From: Thalia democratica
Lineage: Eukaryota
DNA: 64,000 bases
NCBI GenBank assembly: GCA_965202585.1
Contig: OZ241826.1
Location: forward strand, 87,730,001-87,794,000
Direction of reading: 5' to 3'
Notes under the pieces: model-generated
Database searches by the model: none
What the model was told of the DNA's origin: nothing
The model's input: the letters and a program-made list of their open reading frames with translations, nothing else
Part shown: positions 49,138 to 63,254 of the stretch, piece by piece
How positions within the stretch are numbered: position 1 is the first letter of the stretch
Layout of the letters: each line of letters starts with the position of its first letter
Program-made: the position numbers and the translations under genes

Positions 49138-51496
49138 GTATGAGTTAATTGTATTTAACGAATTATTTAAAGTTAGTTAAAACATAATATCGTAAAACAT
49201 AAATATTTGATAGAACATTTTGTAGAAGTTAATTTTCTAAGGTTAATTGTAAATTATAATGGGTAGTTTGACATTGTGGATGTACAAATGTTTTTTTATG
49301 AAACTACTAACTTTAATATACTAACTTACAGTGTTGCTAAAAAAACTTTAATCTTGAAAAAACCAAGAACTTGACATCTTAGGTAAAAAAACCTGGAATT
49401 TGAGAAATTAAAAAATTAACTGATAGAACCTAGAATTTAAGCTAAAAAACACTAAATATCCAGGAAAAATCTAAAATTAAAAAACAAAACATTTAAATTA
49501 ATGATAACCCAGTTAGTAAAAATAAATTATAGAGAGAAAAAAAATGATTAACTTATTATTGTTTAAAAACACATTTAAAATAACTTAACAAGTATCATTT
49601 CGTTGTTGTTACATTATTTGAAATAGTTTGAATAACAAACTAAAAATAGACTAAATACTTATTCTTCAAAAAACCTGGAGAATTTTTTAAACAAATTTTA
49701 ATAACCCTGTATTTTAGTTATAGTTCAAAAGACTTCTTAAGCTAAATGTTTTTATTTTAAATCCTTGGTTAGCCTTTTTTTTTAAACTCAAGTTAGTTTT
49801 GATAAATTTACTATGTTTTCATTGTTTGAACTATAATGATTTGTTTAAGCTGTATTAGTTGACTTTGTTAAATCCTAAAAGTATCAAGTGATAAAATATT
49901 TCTCACAATATTTTTTTCATTTTTTGTCTTCTTCTTCTGTTTAAAAAGTATTTTACTTCAAATAAAACTGCCTTGATGTAAGTAAAGGCTATTAGTAATA
50001 GTTGCAAAATGTTTCAATGGCTTAATTGGATTATATTTTAAAACTTGCTTAACAATAAGAATTATGATTTTTTATAAACCTTCATTTGACACAAGAAAGC
50101 TTGGTTTACATTAAACTTTGAAAAATAAAATAACTTTGTCATAGTTACAGTAAGATGTTTAATTTTTTTTTGTAAAATACTAGCCTTAAACTTTTTCCTA
50201 ATTGTAAATCCAGCTTATAATATTTTAAAAAGTAAATGTAAAAATTACATTTATTTTAAAATTAATAAATACCTAATGCTAAGTATTATTCTACAAGTTA
50301 AACTTGACTTAGATAAATTAAACTAGACTAGATTAAGGAATGTTCTTATAAAACAGGCAGATAAACTTTAGGATGGCCATTGATTTTATAAGTTTAATCA
50401 AGGTTAAAAAAATATCAGTCTATTTTAAGGTTTTTAATTTAAGGTAAAATATGAATGTATTTACATTAAATTAAAGAAAAGGTACTGTAACCCTACTTTA
50501 AATTTTTTTCGTTATTAAAAAATATTAAATTTTTAAATGTATATAAGTTGTTTTAACTAAATTTTCTTATTGAAGATGTAAAATTTTTTCAAAATTTCAC
50601 CTATATCAGTTCTTTTGGCAAATCTTAAAACTTAAGTTGTTTTCAGCTTATATGCCCAATCTAATTTGATACCAAGGCTAAATTGCGATTTTTCTTCGAC
50701 TCAGACCAAATCAGGCTAGTTTAAACATTAAAATAACTTAGGTTTGTTTAAGTTTTACATAGCATAGACTAGTTTTGATATAAATTTTGAATTCTGAGAT
50801 AGTTCTGTTAAATAACGTTTTTGCTTTTTTGAAGTCTTTTTTGTCGTTTTAATAAGCAGTGAACATTAGAAATTAAAAGCTAACAAGTCTTTTCAGGTAA
50901 CTCATGGAAAGTTTAAAGAAAACTGTAATCGAAAACTTAAAAGTCGAAATAAAAATATACTTTTGATCACAGTTTCAATTGTTGTAAAAGTTGTTACTTT
51001 TCAAAATGCTTTAATTTTAACACCTAACATTTAGGATATGAAGCGAAATACCTATAACTACACATATCTGGGAAAAAGAAGAATATCCGTTTGTTCAAGG
51101 ATTTACAGAAGAAATAAAAAATTCATTTGATCTTTTTTTTAATTCTAATTTTTGTGCTGTTTTTTTTTTCGTTTTAACTTTTTCTTCAATCTAGATATTA
51201 ATTAATAAATAGAAAATATTAATTTAACCACCGCTTCAGGTATAAATGTTACTGCTAAAAAAGACTAATAAGTTTTAGTAAGTTTCATTAAGATATTTTC
51301 GTAATTGGTATGTAAGATGTAAATAAAATAAAAAAATTTATTGTTACTAATGGACATTAAAATAAAAACGCTAGTTAAAAAAAGACTGATTAATAAGTTC
51401 TAGTAAGAATTTAGAAGTTTGAGATAAAATGAATTTTAACCATTTCTCATGTACAATTTAAACGTACAAAGTTATCAGTGAGGGATGAAAGTACGA

Positions 51497-52673
51497 GAAC
51501 GGGTCTAAATTGCACAAATACAAAGTTGCAAGAGATTACTAAATTGAACGAAGGAACTAAATTACACGAGTGCACAAATTTGCACAAAGCCAAATTTGAA
51601 CGAGGGCACAAATTCCTTAGGGAACAAAATTGCACGTATAAGACGATTTTACGACGATAAATGAATAAGACGATTTTACACCAAGGGTCAATTGCGCAAG
51701 AGTAAAAAAATATAAAAAATTAAATAAATAAAAACAGAAAAAAAAAAAATATCTAATAAAACAAAAAGTTACTGACCTAGGGTAAGGGTTAGGGGTAACA
51801 TACAAAGCTAAAATAATATAAGAAAATAACTAATATTTAATTTTTTTTAATAAAAAAATACATAAAAAAAAAGCTACCGACCGAGGATAAGGGTTAGGGG
51901 TTAATGTGATAATAAAAAAAACAATATTAATTAAAAAATTTAGAAAAAAAATCTGTAATAAACTAACACTTTATTTTATAATTTTAAACCATTTGAATAA
52001 ATACGGATGTTATTATAATAACAAAAACATTTGAATCCCTTTCGTAAAACAATATTTCCAAAACCCAAAAAACATTGTTTATCTAAAGGAGTTAGCTTTA
52101 TTTCAATGCGTATTTTTTCATTTTTTTATTCAAATACGCGTTAAAAGTTAATTACTTATTCCGCAGTTCAACTTACGATTAAATTCAACCTTTTATTAAC
52201 TAGTTTCAAGAATCAAGAAAACGTCTACATCGCGGAGTTGATGTTAGTATTTTATATAACTTTACGATTGATAATACTTTTTATAAATTTTATTTATGTC
52301 GTGATTCAGTAGTTTTTATCTTCAGAACTAAAAATTGTTATTGAAAATAAAATAAATTGTTGCTATTCAAAGTATGTTTTATTTATAACTTAGGAAATAG
52401 TTTTGTATCTTATTACAGTAGCTACTCGTAACTAAAGCAGTCAAATAATAAGTTACTGAAGACCACGTAGTTAAGACATAAACACAACCAATACCATTAA
52501 AACATAGCCTATTTGATTAAAATTCAACCCGTGAAAAAATGTCTCCGTGTAAAATAGTTTGCTCATGCAAAAATGTTTTTGAGCAAAAATGACCCTTCGT
52601 GCAATTTTGTACACTCGAGCAATTTTGTCCCTTAGTGCAATTTTTTTCGCTCGTGCAAATTTGACAGCTACCT
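51497..52673. mobile_element. TGCACGA/TAAGGGTTAGG MITE: left half 51497-~51940 and right end ~52520-52673 with intervening sequence
   Basis: Left end gaacgggtctaaattgcac; right end cgtgcaaatttgacagctacc. Confidence 0.65.
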
Positions 52674-52859
52674 AGAGAGTACAACAAATTTATCTGGTCA
52701 TTGTATAAAATTTAAATTCGGACATTTGAATCGGATGTGTTTTGGCTTTATAAGAAAAATGCAAAAAGAAAAATTGAAAAAAAAAATTTGTGCCCAAAAA
52801 ACTGATTGTCTGTAAAATGATGCGTTTTGTAAAAAAATAAAAAGCATAGCTGGGTTTTT

Positions 52860-53380
52860 AGGGTAGCTATAAAATTTGCACGAGCGTACAAAATTGCAAA
52901 AAAAATATTTTGCACGAATAGACAATTTAGCTAGGTTGAATATTTTTAATAGTTTTTTATAAATTTAAGTTTTTTAATAAAAATCTATTTTTTCTTACTC
53001 TCACTGTTACCCTTTACCCTCGGTCGGTAACTTTGTTTTTATTATTATTAATTTTTTTATTGTAAATGTTAATCCTAACCCTTACCCCCGATCGGTAGTC
53101 TTTTTTTTTAATTTTTATTAGTTATTATTTTAATTTTTTATCACTGTTACCCCTAAATCTCGGTCAGTAATTTTTTTTCTTTTGTGTTCCCTTATAAATT
53201 CATCTTTTAGCTTTTTTTCTGTTTTTAATTTTTTTATTTTAGTTTTTATATATAAATATCTTTTTTTACGCTTGTGCAAAAATTACTTTTCTTGCGAAAT
53301 TGTAACTAGCGCTAAATTGACCGTAGGTGCAAAATTGTCTTAGTACAACTTTGTATTCGTGCAGTTTTTGACCCGTTACC
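52860..53380. mobile_element. Full copy of the same MITE in the opposite orientation
   Basis: Ends gggtagctataaaatttgcacgag ... gtgcagtttttgacccgttacc; core motifs read as accct(a/t)accc. Confidence 0.75.
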
Positions 53381-55986
53381 GGTTTTTTAACCTAAAAAAA
53401 ATTATTGTAAAATTAAACTTTGTAGGTATACTAACTTACCTTTAAAATGAAGGTAATGTGGTATATATGCTATAGGAATATTTTGAGTCAAAGTTCTTTT
53501 AGCTATAAATAATAAAAAACTTTTACTAGTTAATTTGCATCACAAAAAAATAACAAAGTATTCAAAGCTTATAACTTAGTATAAGTAAGTTGTATGGCTT
53601 TAAACATTAAGTTAATGATTGCGAAGTAAAAACTATACTAAATAAATAAAGTGCATGGCATAACTAAATAAACATTACACCTTATCAAATAGTATTTTTA
53701 CTTAATATTACTACAAAATTACTGATACGTTTAAAAATAATAGAATAAAGTAAATGTCACATGATCGATAAAATCTAATGGATAACTAGGTAAGTATAAA
53801 ACCCACAAAGATACAAGAAACTATTATTTAACTTATAATGAAAGACATCTGTTCTACTAGAAAATCTGTTTGAATATGATTTTTCAGTTGAAAAGTAATC
53901 GATATTTTATCAGAAACATTTCATTCCCAATCAGTTTTACAATTAAGAAAACAAAATCTATACTTAAGTTAAGCAAATCATGTTTAGTTGAGTGTTTCCA
54001 CTTTGAATTTTTTCCATCTTCATGAAGTCGTCCATCTTGTAAGTCCTATCACCATTTTCACCTTCACAAATAGCAAAATACCATGTCACTGATGACCCTT
54101 CAGTAAGTAACGCGGTATAACAATGCCCTACTACAGTATTTTCTTTTTTTTTACTGTATATTAGGGAAGAAGCATCTACAATTAATAGTACATTACCGTT
54201 TGTAGGAAAATAAAATATAAAATTCACTCATCATCTTTTTGCAACAAAGGCACTAAAGTTTAGAAGTCTTTACTCTTGGGTATTACCATTTTCTTAAAAA
54301 AGTTCATGATTGTATAACACTTTTTTAAACTTGTGTGACTCTTTAAAGAAAAACAAATCATTACGAACAATATATTTATTTTGATCAGGATTAGATATTA
54401 TCATAGAACGAATCTCTTCCACGCTCACTACAGGCCCACCCTAACTTTTATACAGTATGAGATGCTTGTGCTCATTATAATCTCTTTTCTTCCCCTAATT
54501 TATTTCAATTTCTTTTTTCTTATTTTTTTATTATCACTATTATCTTTTTTTAAACATTATTATTTTTTCTTTATTCTTGTTTTTTAACATTTTTTTGGTT
54601 AATTTTTTACTATTATTGTTACCTCTAACCCTTACCCTCGGTAAATAACTTCTTTTTTTTTCTCTTTTTTATTTACTGACATTAGTTTTGTTTCTATAAA
54701 AGTAATTTTTGCTAATGCTATTTGACAAGTCAGCAATTTTTCGCTCAAGAGCTGCAAAATCTTCATGTTCACTCACATGGACAAGCAAGTAGATGCATCG
54801 CACTGTTAAAAATACCGTCCCTTGGAACTATCAGATCTTCAAGGTCAAAAATGTACAGATGCTGAAAATAAATCGATTTAATTCACAACAGCATATTTTA
54901 TAGTCTTGAAAATTTATGCAAACTATACATACAGTCATATGATTTTATTTCTAATTGAAGTGCAGTAAGTTTTTGGTCTAAAAACTATTTTTAAGTAAAT
55001 GAAGATTTTAAAAGGTTTATGCCAGTTTAAATTTAAAGTATAAAAATATATATTAAAAATATAAAAAAAAAAAGGTTTATGTTCGATAAACAGTATGTGC
55101 TAAATGGTATCTTAAAATAAATTAATGGAAAATTATTACAACTAAAATATACACCTACGTCATTTATTATTGTCAATGTGAAATTTTAGCCTTACATTAT
55201 GAAGTTGCTTTACAATAAACTCAATCATAATATTAAATTATTTTTAAGTAAAAATTTTGAGTAAAAATTTGCTTTTATTTGAATGTTTAAATGCTATTTT
55301 CCATGAGTGTTACATATATTTTTAGATTTATTTAAGCACTGAAGATGCTTTGACTGAAACTTAGTTTGTAAATAAAGTCTTGAAAGAATAAATTCATTTT
55401 TTCTGCTCTAGTAGTTGAGGTCTTTTTCTATAAATCAAAGCATATAATATTGTGAAGTTAACATAAATAACAAAATCATTTATAAATAAAAAGTAAACAC
55501 GAGGATTTATAAAAGTTAGTAACTAACTTGTCTTAATGGTAGTAAAACATGATGAATAATGTATAAATAAATTATTTATTTAAATAAATAAATAATTCAA
55601 TTTAAAAAAAATTAGCTTCAAAGTTTAACTTTTTATTATATTTCGTTTTCTGAATCATAATTAAAGTTTTCAAAACAAAAACTTTAACTCTTTGAGTTGT
55701 AATAACATTCTAAAATAGGTATTTTAAACAATTTTAATTGGCGTATTTTGTATCAAAATAATTATGTTACTAACATTTTGATTTTTAAATTATTTGAAAA
55801 TTAAATACCATATTAAATATTTAATACTTTTATATTTTAAATCAAATATCATTTATATGATAATCTACCAATGATAAGAATAACAAATTGTACTAACTAT
55901 TTTTATTACTGCATCAATTTTCAAGGATTTTTCTCTAATAGAACTTTGTATTACGATAATAGTATTGATTTTTACATAATCTAATG

Positions 55987-56657
55987 CAGTTGTCGGCACG
56001 CTACTTCGAAGACGTGAATCTTAAACCACAAATTTAAAATTATGTGCACCCCAATTTGCATTCTTTAGCACTGTTAGTGTTTAAGAATATATAAACACTT
56101 TCAATTGTTTTTTACTAATTGTTTGGTAACACCCAGTTAATTTTTACACGCTAACTTTAAATTTACCAGTTTACCCTAATAATTTCAATAAACTTTAATA
56201 TTGATGAAGCCTTACTAAATTTTTGTCAAATATCAGTTGATTAAGCTGATTAATATAGTGATTTTTAATGTATCAAAACGCTTTAAAACAATAAGAGTTA
56301 ATAAAATTAAAAATTAATAAAATACTAAGCGTTTTATTCTGTTTTAAAAATCTATGAGATTTGCTCACTTCGGTTTTTTTTTGGCGGCTAAGGGTGGAAA
56401 ATTTTCACATAATGTAACAGAATAGAACTTGGAGAGTACAAAAATGATCGTTTGATTAGCAACAAAATGGTCAATTAGAAATCAAGGTTGAATATGTCTT
56501 AAATGTAGAAATATTAAAAAAAAAACTTTAATTTAGTTTTTGTGCGAAAAAAACCATGTACCCCAAAATAAGTTTCATGCAACCCAAAAATCTCGTGCAC
56601 CCTAAGAAAAATTTCATGTAAACTAGTGTGCACCAGTGTACCCCGTGCCGACCACTG
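55987..56657. mobile_element. hAT-type MITE, 671 bp
   Basis: TIR CAGT(T/G)GTCGGCACG (13 of 14 identical) and a perfect 8-bp TSD ATCTAATG at 55979-55986 and 56658-56665. A related single end lies at ~48436. Confidence 0.92.
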
Positions 56658-58390
56658 ATCTAATGTATCAAGGAGAGTAAAAACGTATCAAATGAACAAA
56701 ATACGACAGTGTCATACACCGCAAGTTTGTTTTTATTTTTTAGAATATATATGCTAAATATCTATTATGTTAATCAATTTGTAAAAATTTCTTAGTTATT
56801 ATTATTTTCTGTTATTAATACGAGCCAAAAACATTTTATTAGTGTCTCCTATATATTATAGGTAACGAGAACCCTCGCACAATTGAACTACAATGACCTC
56901 CTAACTATGACTCAGTCTTTGATTGTACTAGTGATACGAGAATAACTTTACAAATGATTGGTTGCCAACGTATACAGAAGCGCTAAAATGTGATAAATAT
57001 GACAAAACAAGAAGTATAAGTTACTATTTTCTTTCTGTTTTTTAATGTTTAAATAATTCAGTTTTAGTTTTTTTTAAATGTTGGTTATGTTGTTGTGTTT
57101 TATGCCTGATTTAAGTGAAATTATTTTAAGCTCAAAATTAACTTGTTCGAAATTAGCCTAATTTTTGATATTAAGCTTGCATATATTCAACAGATTTTTT
57201 GTTATCGGAAACTATAATAAAACCTAATTTAATCAATAGCTTGAAATTTTTGTTCACTTACTGTTTTAAATTCACTACGCTTACCAGTTGTTTTACTTCT
57301 TTACTTATTAGTTTCAATAACCTTTCTAATGTGTACTGATCGTAAGAGTTTGTATCTAATGTGTATTAGATTTAACATTTACCATGATTTTAAGTGACAT
57401 TTGAAGTTTTATTGTTGTGTTTTAATACAGAAAGCTTTAAACAAATACCGTCACAAGATTGTAATTAAAATAATTGAAGGAAAAAAATTGTATTCAGAAT
57501 TATGTCTATCTGACTTTTATAATGTTGAAATATCCTCTATAGTTTAGTACTACAGACAAGTGATACGTGAAATTCATAACCATTTTATATGGCTAAATAT
57601 TTTATTAACTGTTCAAAATATAGATTTAACCGTTTGCTAACAAAAGATCCTAGTGAAACAAGTTCACTGGAATATAAATAAAAACAAATTATACAGTAAT
57701 CTTCCTTTATTGTACCAACATATGTTTCTGTGTGTTAACGTAACAACACACTTCAACTGGGTTCTGTAAAAAATAATTACTATAATGTAACAATAGAAGC
57801 AGGTATAAAGTAGATGTATACGTTGTTCTAAGTATATTTTATAAATAACTTATAAATAGTTAGAATTACGAACGTCAATTTATAATATGTGGACTGTGGT
57901 TTTAATAAAAATTAAATAAAAACTATTTTACTTTTGCTATTTTAATTACGCAAGTTCAGGTTCGGCTTAATTTTAGATCCGTTCTGACTTTAGTATTATT
58001 AAAATCCAACCGGGTCTAAAGCTGTTATTCTTTTTTTTTTTGAAAAAAACCATTTTAAACCCTTAACTATATCAAATATTAATTAAAGAACAGTCCTCTT
58101 ATACGCTTTTATTCAAGAAGTATTTTTTATAGATTTTGATATTTATCTTTATTTATTATTTTTGATCTGTTAGCATACTTGTTTATGTGGAGTTATTTAA
58201 TTTTGTTTTACTAACATATAAACAATAAGAAATATCACGTATTTAAAGTCTAAAAATGTATAACAAGCAACTTAAATTGTGTATGTTTCACTTAGTATAT
58301 TCGCATACTAAAAAGAAAGTAATATGTCAAAAAGACAAAAGTATTAAACTAAAGTTAAAACTTGTTTCTAAAATATATTCATAAAAAAAA

Positions 58391-59424
58391 TTAATGTCAC
58401 TAATGTGTGCGTACCATCTTTTTTGAATTGGCCTCCCGTGGATCTTTTGTATTCCTTTGTTTCGATCTGACTGGTAATCGTCGCCTTATATACAACATTC
58501 CCCTGCAAACATTTGCCACTTAAAGGGCAGGAGTCGCGGCAGTTGCACGTTTTATCCTCTTGGTCGTTCTTATGATTTAGTTTACTTATTATTTTTCTTA
58601 TTGTGGCTACTTTTTAATGATTTGACATTATCCATACAACAGTATGATATTTTGCGATTACTTCTGTTGAAGATCTTTTTCATGCTCTCTGTTTTGAAAT
58701 GTTTGTCAATTAGATCTAAGAACTTCTTCCCAATGTTGGTTTTTACTGACTGGCAGTATGGGGGATTAAAGTACATTATTCTTCTTGTTCGTTTACGTTT
58801 CTTTCTGTTAACAGGGTTGGTTTTGTTTTCATATTCAAGTTTGTGTTTGAAGTTGGATTTGAGCAGGGCAATTTGGTAGCTATCTTTTGCATTATCAAAG
58901 GTTCTTAGGTCTGTGGACAGTCTATTTAGTCTTTTCTCAATCATTTTGGGTATGTTTTTCTTGATTAGCGTCGGGTGGTTGGAGTTACTACTGATGTATC
59001 TGATTGAAGTGTTTTCTGTATGGCATATGACAATTTTTTGTAAGATCTAGTGCGATGTCTAAGGAGTTGCATTAAGTCATACCAATTTCCATTGTGATCT
59101 TAAAACCAATGTATTTAAAGGTCTTTATTGTATGTTTTTTTTATGTTCTTAAGGTCCTGGTTGCTTTTGTGCTTGATAATCGCCAAGCCATCATCCCTAT
59201 ATAGGCCTATCTGGTCTGACTTGTATTTTTTCCCTAATCTATCAAGAATGTGTAGACCAATAAGGTGGGATAACTCTGCTCCGAAGTACGACCCCATATG
59301 GGACGTCAAAAGATGATTCTTGATTTTTCTTGGTCCATACTTATCTATCGTATATGAGAACTGAATTAAAAGTGTGGGTTATGATATTCTTAGCAAAAAG
59401 TGGCAAATGTTTTTAGGGGATTGT
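58391..59424 (-). mobile_element. Penelope-like retroelement, decayed RT-to-GIY-YIG segment
   Basis: WTKK...FDVPYGSYFGAEL (RT motif B region), GLYRDDGL (motif C), YFNPPY...TNIGKKF, then VYKATIT...STGGQFKKRWYAH; frameshifted. Confidence 0.9.
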
Positions 59425-59870
59425 TTTATAAAAGGCGACGATTACCAAGATCGAAACAAAGAAATACATAGGATCCACGGGAGGCCAATTCAAAAAAAGA
59501 TGGTATGCACACATTAGTGACATTAAGAATTAAAACAGCAAGGGAACAGAGCTTTTCAAGTACATTTAAAGACTAAAAAACAATAACACTTGCTACGATC
59601 TAAGGTGGAGCATAATGCATAAGATTAGAGAAATAAATAATATAGGTAAAATAACTTGCAACTTTGAAAAAAATAGAAATAGCACTTGCTAACAAGAAAC
59701 GAATTTTAAACAAAAGACAAAAGCTCTTCTACACCTGCCCGTAATTTGGAAATTTTGTTTTAAAACTTAGCGTATTTAATTTCATTATGTACTCATTTTA
59801 ATTTTTGTTATTACTTGTACCCTTATTTGTCAAACGCCATTTTTTTGTGTTGTTATAAGCTAAATCTTGC
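59425..59870 (+). mobile_element. Inverted GIY-YIG/3' arm of the same Penelope-like element
   Basis: KATITKIETKKYIGSTGGQFKKRWYAHISDI...YDLRWSIMHK...ILNKRQKLFYTCP; the first ~100 bp is the inverted copy of 58391-58490. Confidence 0.85.
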
Positions 59871-62503
59871 AATTAAACTGAAATGTATTTTTTCCATCAA
59901 CTTAACAGTTTAATGATACTCCAAAATACGGTATATTGCATTTACAAGAACTCTAAAAGTAAAAAGTTCTAAAAATTGAAAACAAGGTAAGTTAGATAGA
60001 CTAAAATAAAACAAACGAAAACGTATACGTACAAAAACAAATCTTTTTACAATATGCTTTACCTTTTTGTCCTAAATATTTTTTAAAGCAGAGCATAATT
60101 CAAATTTGTAGGAACCTTCTATCTAAAGCTGTTTTACTTTTGACCGAAAATTTTTAGGACGATTTAGAATCAGTAAATAATGTTTTGACAAACGTTAAAG
60201 TTACACGATGTTTAAACTCTAGCAACTAGTCTGTATACTACGTTTTTACTTAAAACAATCTTTAAAAAAAGTTTGCTAAAACACAGTTAAAATTTTACTG
60301 TGCGCGAAATTTATTAAGGGGTGTTTTTTAGGTGCAATACTAAAAAAAACTTTTTTAGTGCGATACTAAAATATTTTGTTACTTATAAACTTTTAGCGTA
60401 CTGTTAACACATTTTTTAGTTAAAGATTCTTTCATTTGAAGACATGACTAATTTTAAAGGCAAATGAAGATGTACTGAACGCATAGTAGAGCATATTTAA
60501 AAGGTTACCTATTTTATTTCATTTTTTTCAATTTAAGTATCTTGATTTTTCCCTTAAAATTATAAATAGTTATCTACTTTTTTTTTACCTTTAATCTGTA
60601 TATTGAACGTACCAGGTAAATTCAGAATAACTTGATGTTTTTTTGATTTTATTTTTAATTGGCCTGACTTTGTTTTTAAACTTCAGGAATTTTTCTAATT
60701 TTCACAGTTTTACTATGCATTAAAAACTATCTTTTAAGTCTTTTTTATTTTTTTAAATCTTTAGTGTTTCAGATTTTTAAAGTTTTCACAAAATGTAATT
60801 TTGTGTTTCTACATACTACTATATTTATAAAATGTTTGTTTTTTTGAAGCCTGGTGACAAATAAAGTAGCTATTTATTGTATATAATTGCAAAATGTTTC
60901 TCTGACTTTTTCACTTATACTTTGTGAAAATATCACTGATTTTTGAAGTCATTATTATAAATCTAACAAAAAGTCTAATGAACTTCATACTTTAATAAAT
61001 TTTGTTTTAAAGGCATATTAATTTAAAGTTTATAAGCAATATAAATGGTTACAGTGCGTTCGACTGTTTATTAAAAGGTTTTGCAATTCAAGCTCGAGGA
61101 CGGATTTTAAGGCTAATATTTTATATTAAGTGACAGTTGCTGTTTTAGGTTATACAAATGTATACATATAAACATATAAATTTATATTTAAACAAATACA
61201 AACTTCTTTTTCTACAAAATAATGCACACAGCAGTTTTGATACACTTAGTTATGATTTTCATAGTGTTTTACGGAGTTTGTTTTAATAAGAAGCTTTAGA
61301 AATAAAGATAAGGACTTAAGTTTATATTTCAATTATTTTATTAAGAATTAAAGAACTAGATTATTTATAAAAACTTCAAATTCTGTTTTACTACTGTTTC
61401 AAATTGTTAAAATTTTAAACATTTATGCACCAGAGAAACCTTCAGACAGTTATTACCCTCGACAATGACGTTAAACTGTGTACAAGTGGTGTACAAGTCG
61501 ATAACTAAAAGTTTACTTGGTACACTAGGTCTTCGGACTAAATATTTGAAGCGTTTTTTCATCTTTTTATAAACTATATTTATATAGATTATTTCAGCTG
61601 CTGAAGTTTATAAAGAAGTTTCAACTACAGACAAACTTTTTATTGATACAAAATGTGTTATTATTAGTTTTAAACCTTTTATTTCTTTATTAAATAGTGT
61701 TAAATAACTTTTTGATTATTTCATTAAATTTTTGTATTAGCAATACTCTACGCTTTTTATATATTACTACTTCTGAGGACTAATATTCAAAAAAAAATTA
61801 AAATTTCTTGTTTTCATAAATATATGATTAGTATTTTTCAAAGAAAATTAGTTTGTTTATGATAAATATCGTTTTTTAATTTGTTACAAAAAATATAAGA
61901 CGCAATTTTTATTTCATAAGCATCTAAATAATAAAATCTAACGCAAACTTTTGTTAAAACTTCGTTAAAATGTTTTATTTAGTTTACTTTTTTTAAACGT
62001 AATGTAGTTGAAGACAAACCCTTTTAATAAATTTTATATACACTCTTAAACAATTTTTTACTAGTCAACTGTAATAGGTTTTATTTAAACAATAAGTCAG
62101 TTTATAAAATGTAAACTGTGAGGTTTTAATTGCTAATTAAATTTAATAAATCAAAATTAATAACAAGCTTAAACAACAGAAATATTTTTTAAACTATAAG
62201 CAACTTCAATAAACCAATATTGTAATAAAATATAAAACAATACTTTTCTTTATAAAAAAAATAGAAGACCTATAGATTAAAAATAAATTAAAAATCATTA
62301 TAGATTTTTAGCGATGGGCACAATTTTAAAAGTTAAAGTGTTTTAACATCTATAAAAGGTAGTTAAAGCATAGACTCAAAACAAAAAAAAATATATGCTT
62401 TATTGTAAACAACGGTCAGTTACAACTAAAACTTAAGCAATATAGAAGTTTAAGTATCAAATTGTATATTAATATTATTTTAACAAAGTATTTTTATCAG
62501 AGA

Positions 62504-62635
<132 letters not shown>

Positions 62636-63112
62636 TTAAAATATACAATTAAGATTTATCTTTAGGTTAAAAAAATATAAATATATTATTAAATATTAAA
62701 ATTTAAATTTAAAAATACTGTCAAGTCTGCAGTATATTTAAAATCTAGTTAACAAAAGTTTAAAATTAAGTAAAACAGGTTACATGGCATTTCAAATACG
62801 GAAAATTTAAATAATATTTTTTTTACAGAACCACAACTTAAAAACAAAAGCTATTTTTAGGTTTTATTTAGACACTTCTACGTGTTTTTAAATTATATTG
62901 AAATATATATATATAACTCTATTGTTGTGGCCCTTTAAAAAATATTTAAAAATTTGAATTGTAGAAGATTAAACTGTCTATACTTGAATAGTTGTGCACC
63001 CATTTAAAAAAATCTTTGAAATATTTCCAAGTAATAAAATTGTTCAAAATTTATTTAATTTTTTAAACGAATAATCTTAAATATTTTAAAACCTAAAAAT
63101 TGATTTACTAAC

Positions 63113-63253
63113 ATTGAAAATATTGGCGCCATAAGGATTTTTCCATAAATTCACAAGTTGATCTTGCCCAGTTGTAATAAACCAGTCTTTTTTGTGTGCA
63201 TATTTAAGTGACGTAACACTTTTATTGTGATACTTTACCTGATATTTTGCAGT
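63113..63253 (-). CDS. TLE: Penultimate WD40 exon of the second Groucho/TLE gene (5' part cut off by a transposon)
   Basis: TAKYQVKYHNKSVTSLKYAHKKDWFITTGQDQLVNLWKNPYGANIFN versus TLE [47 protein letters not shown]. Donor AAT|GTTAGT, phase 0. Confidence 0.9.
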
Positions 63254-63254
63254 A

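Noticed and set aside
53964-54227. 87-aa ORF (VVGHCYTALLTEG...WYFAICEG) and similar coding-like text at ~54730-54900
   Set aside because: It looks like a transposon-derived fragment, but I cannot assign a family or boundaries from sequence alone.
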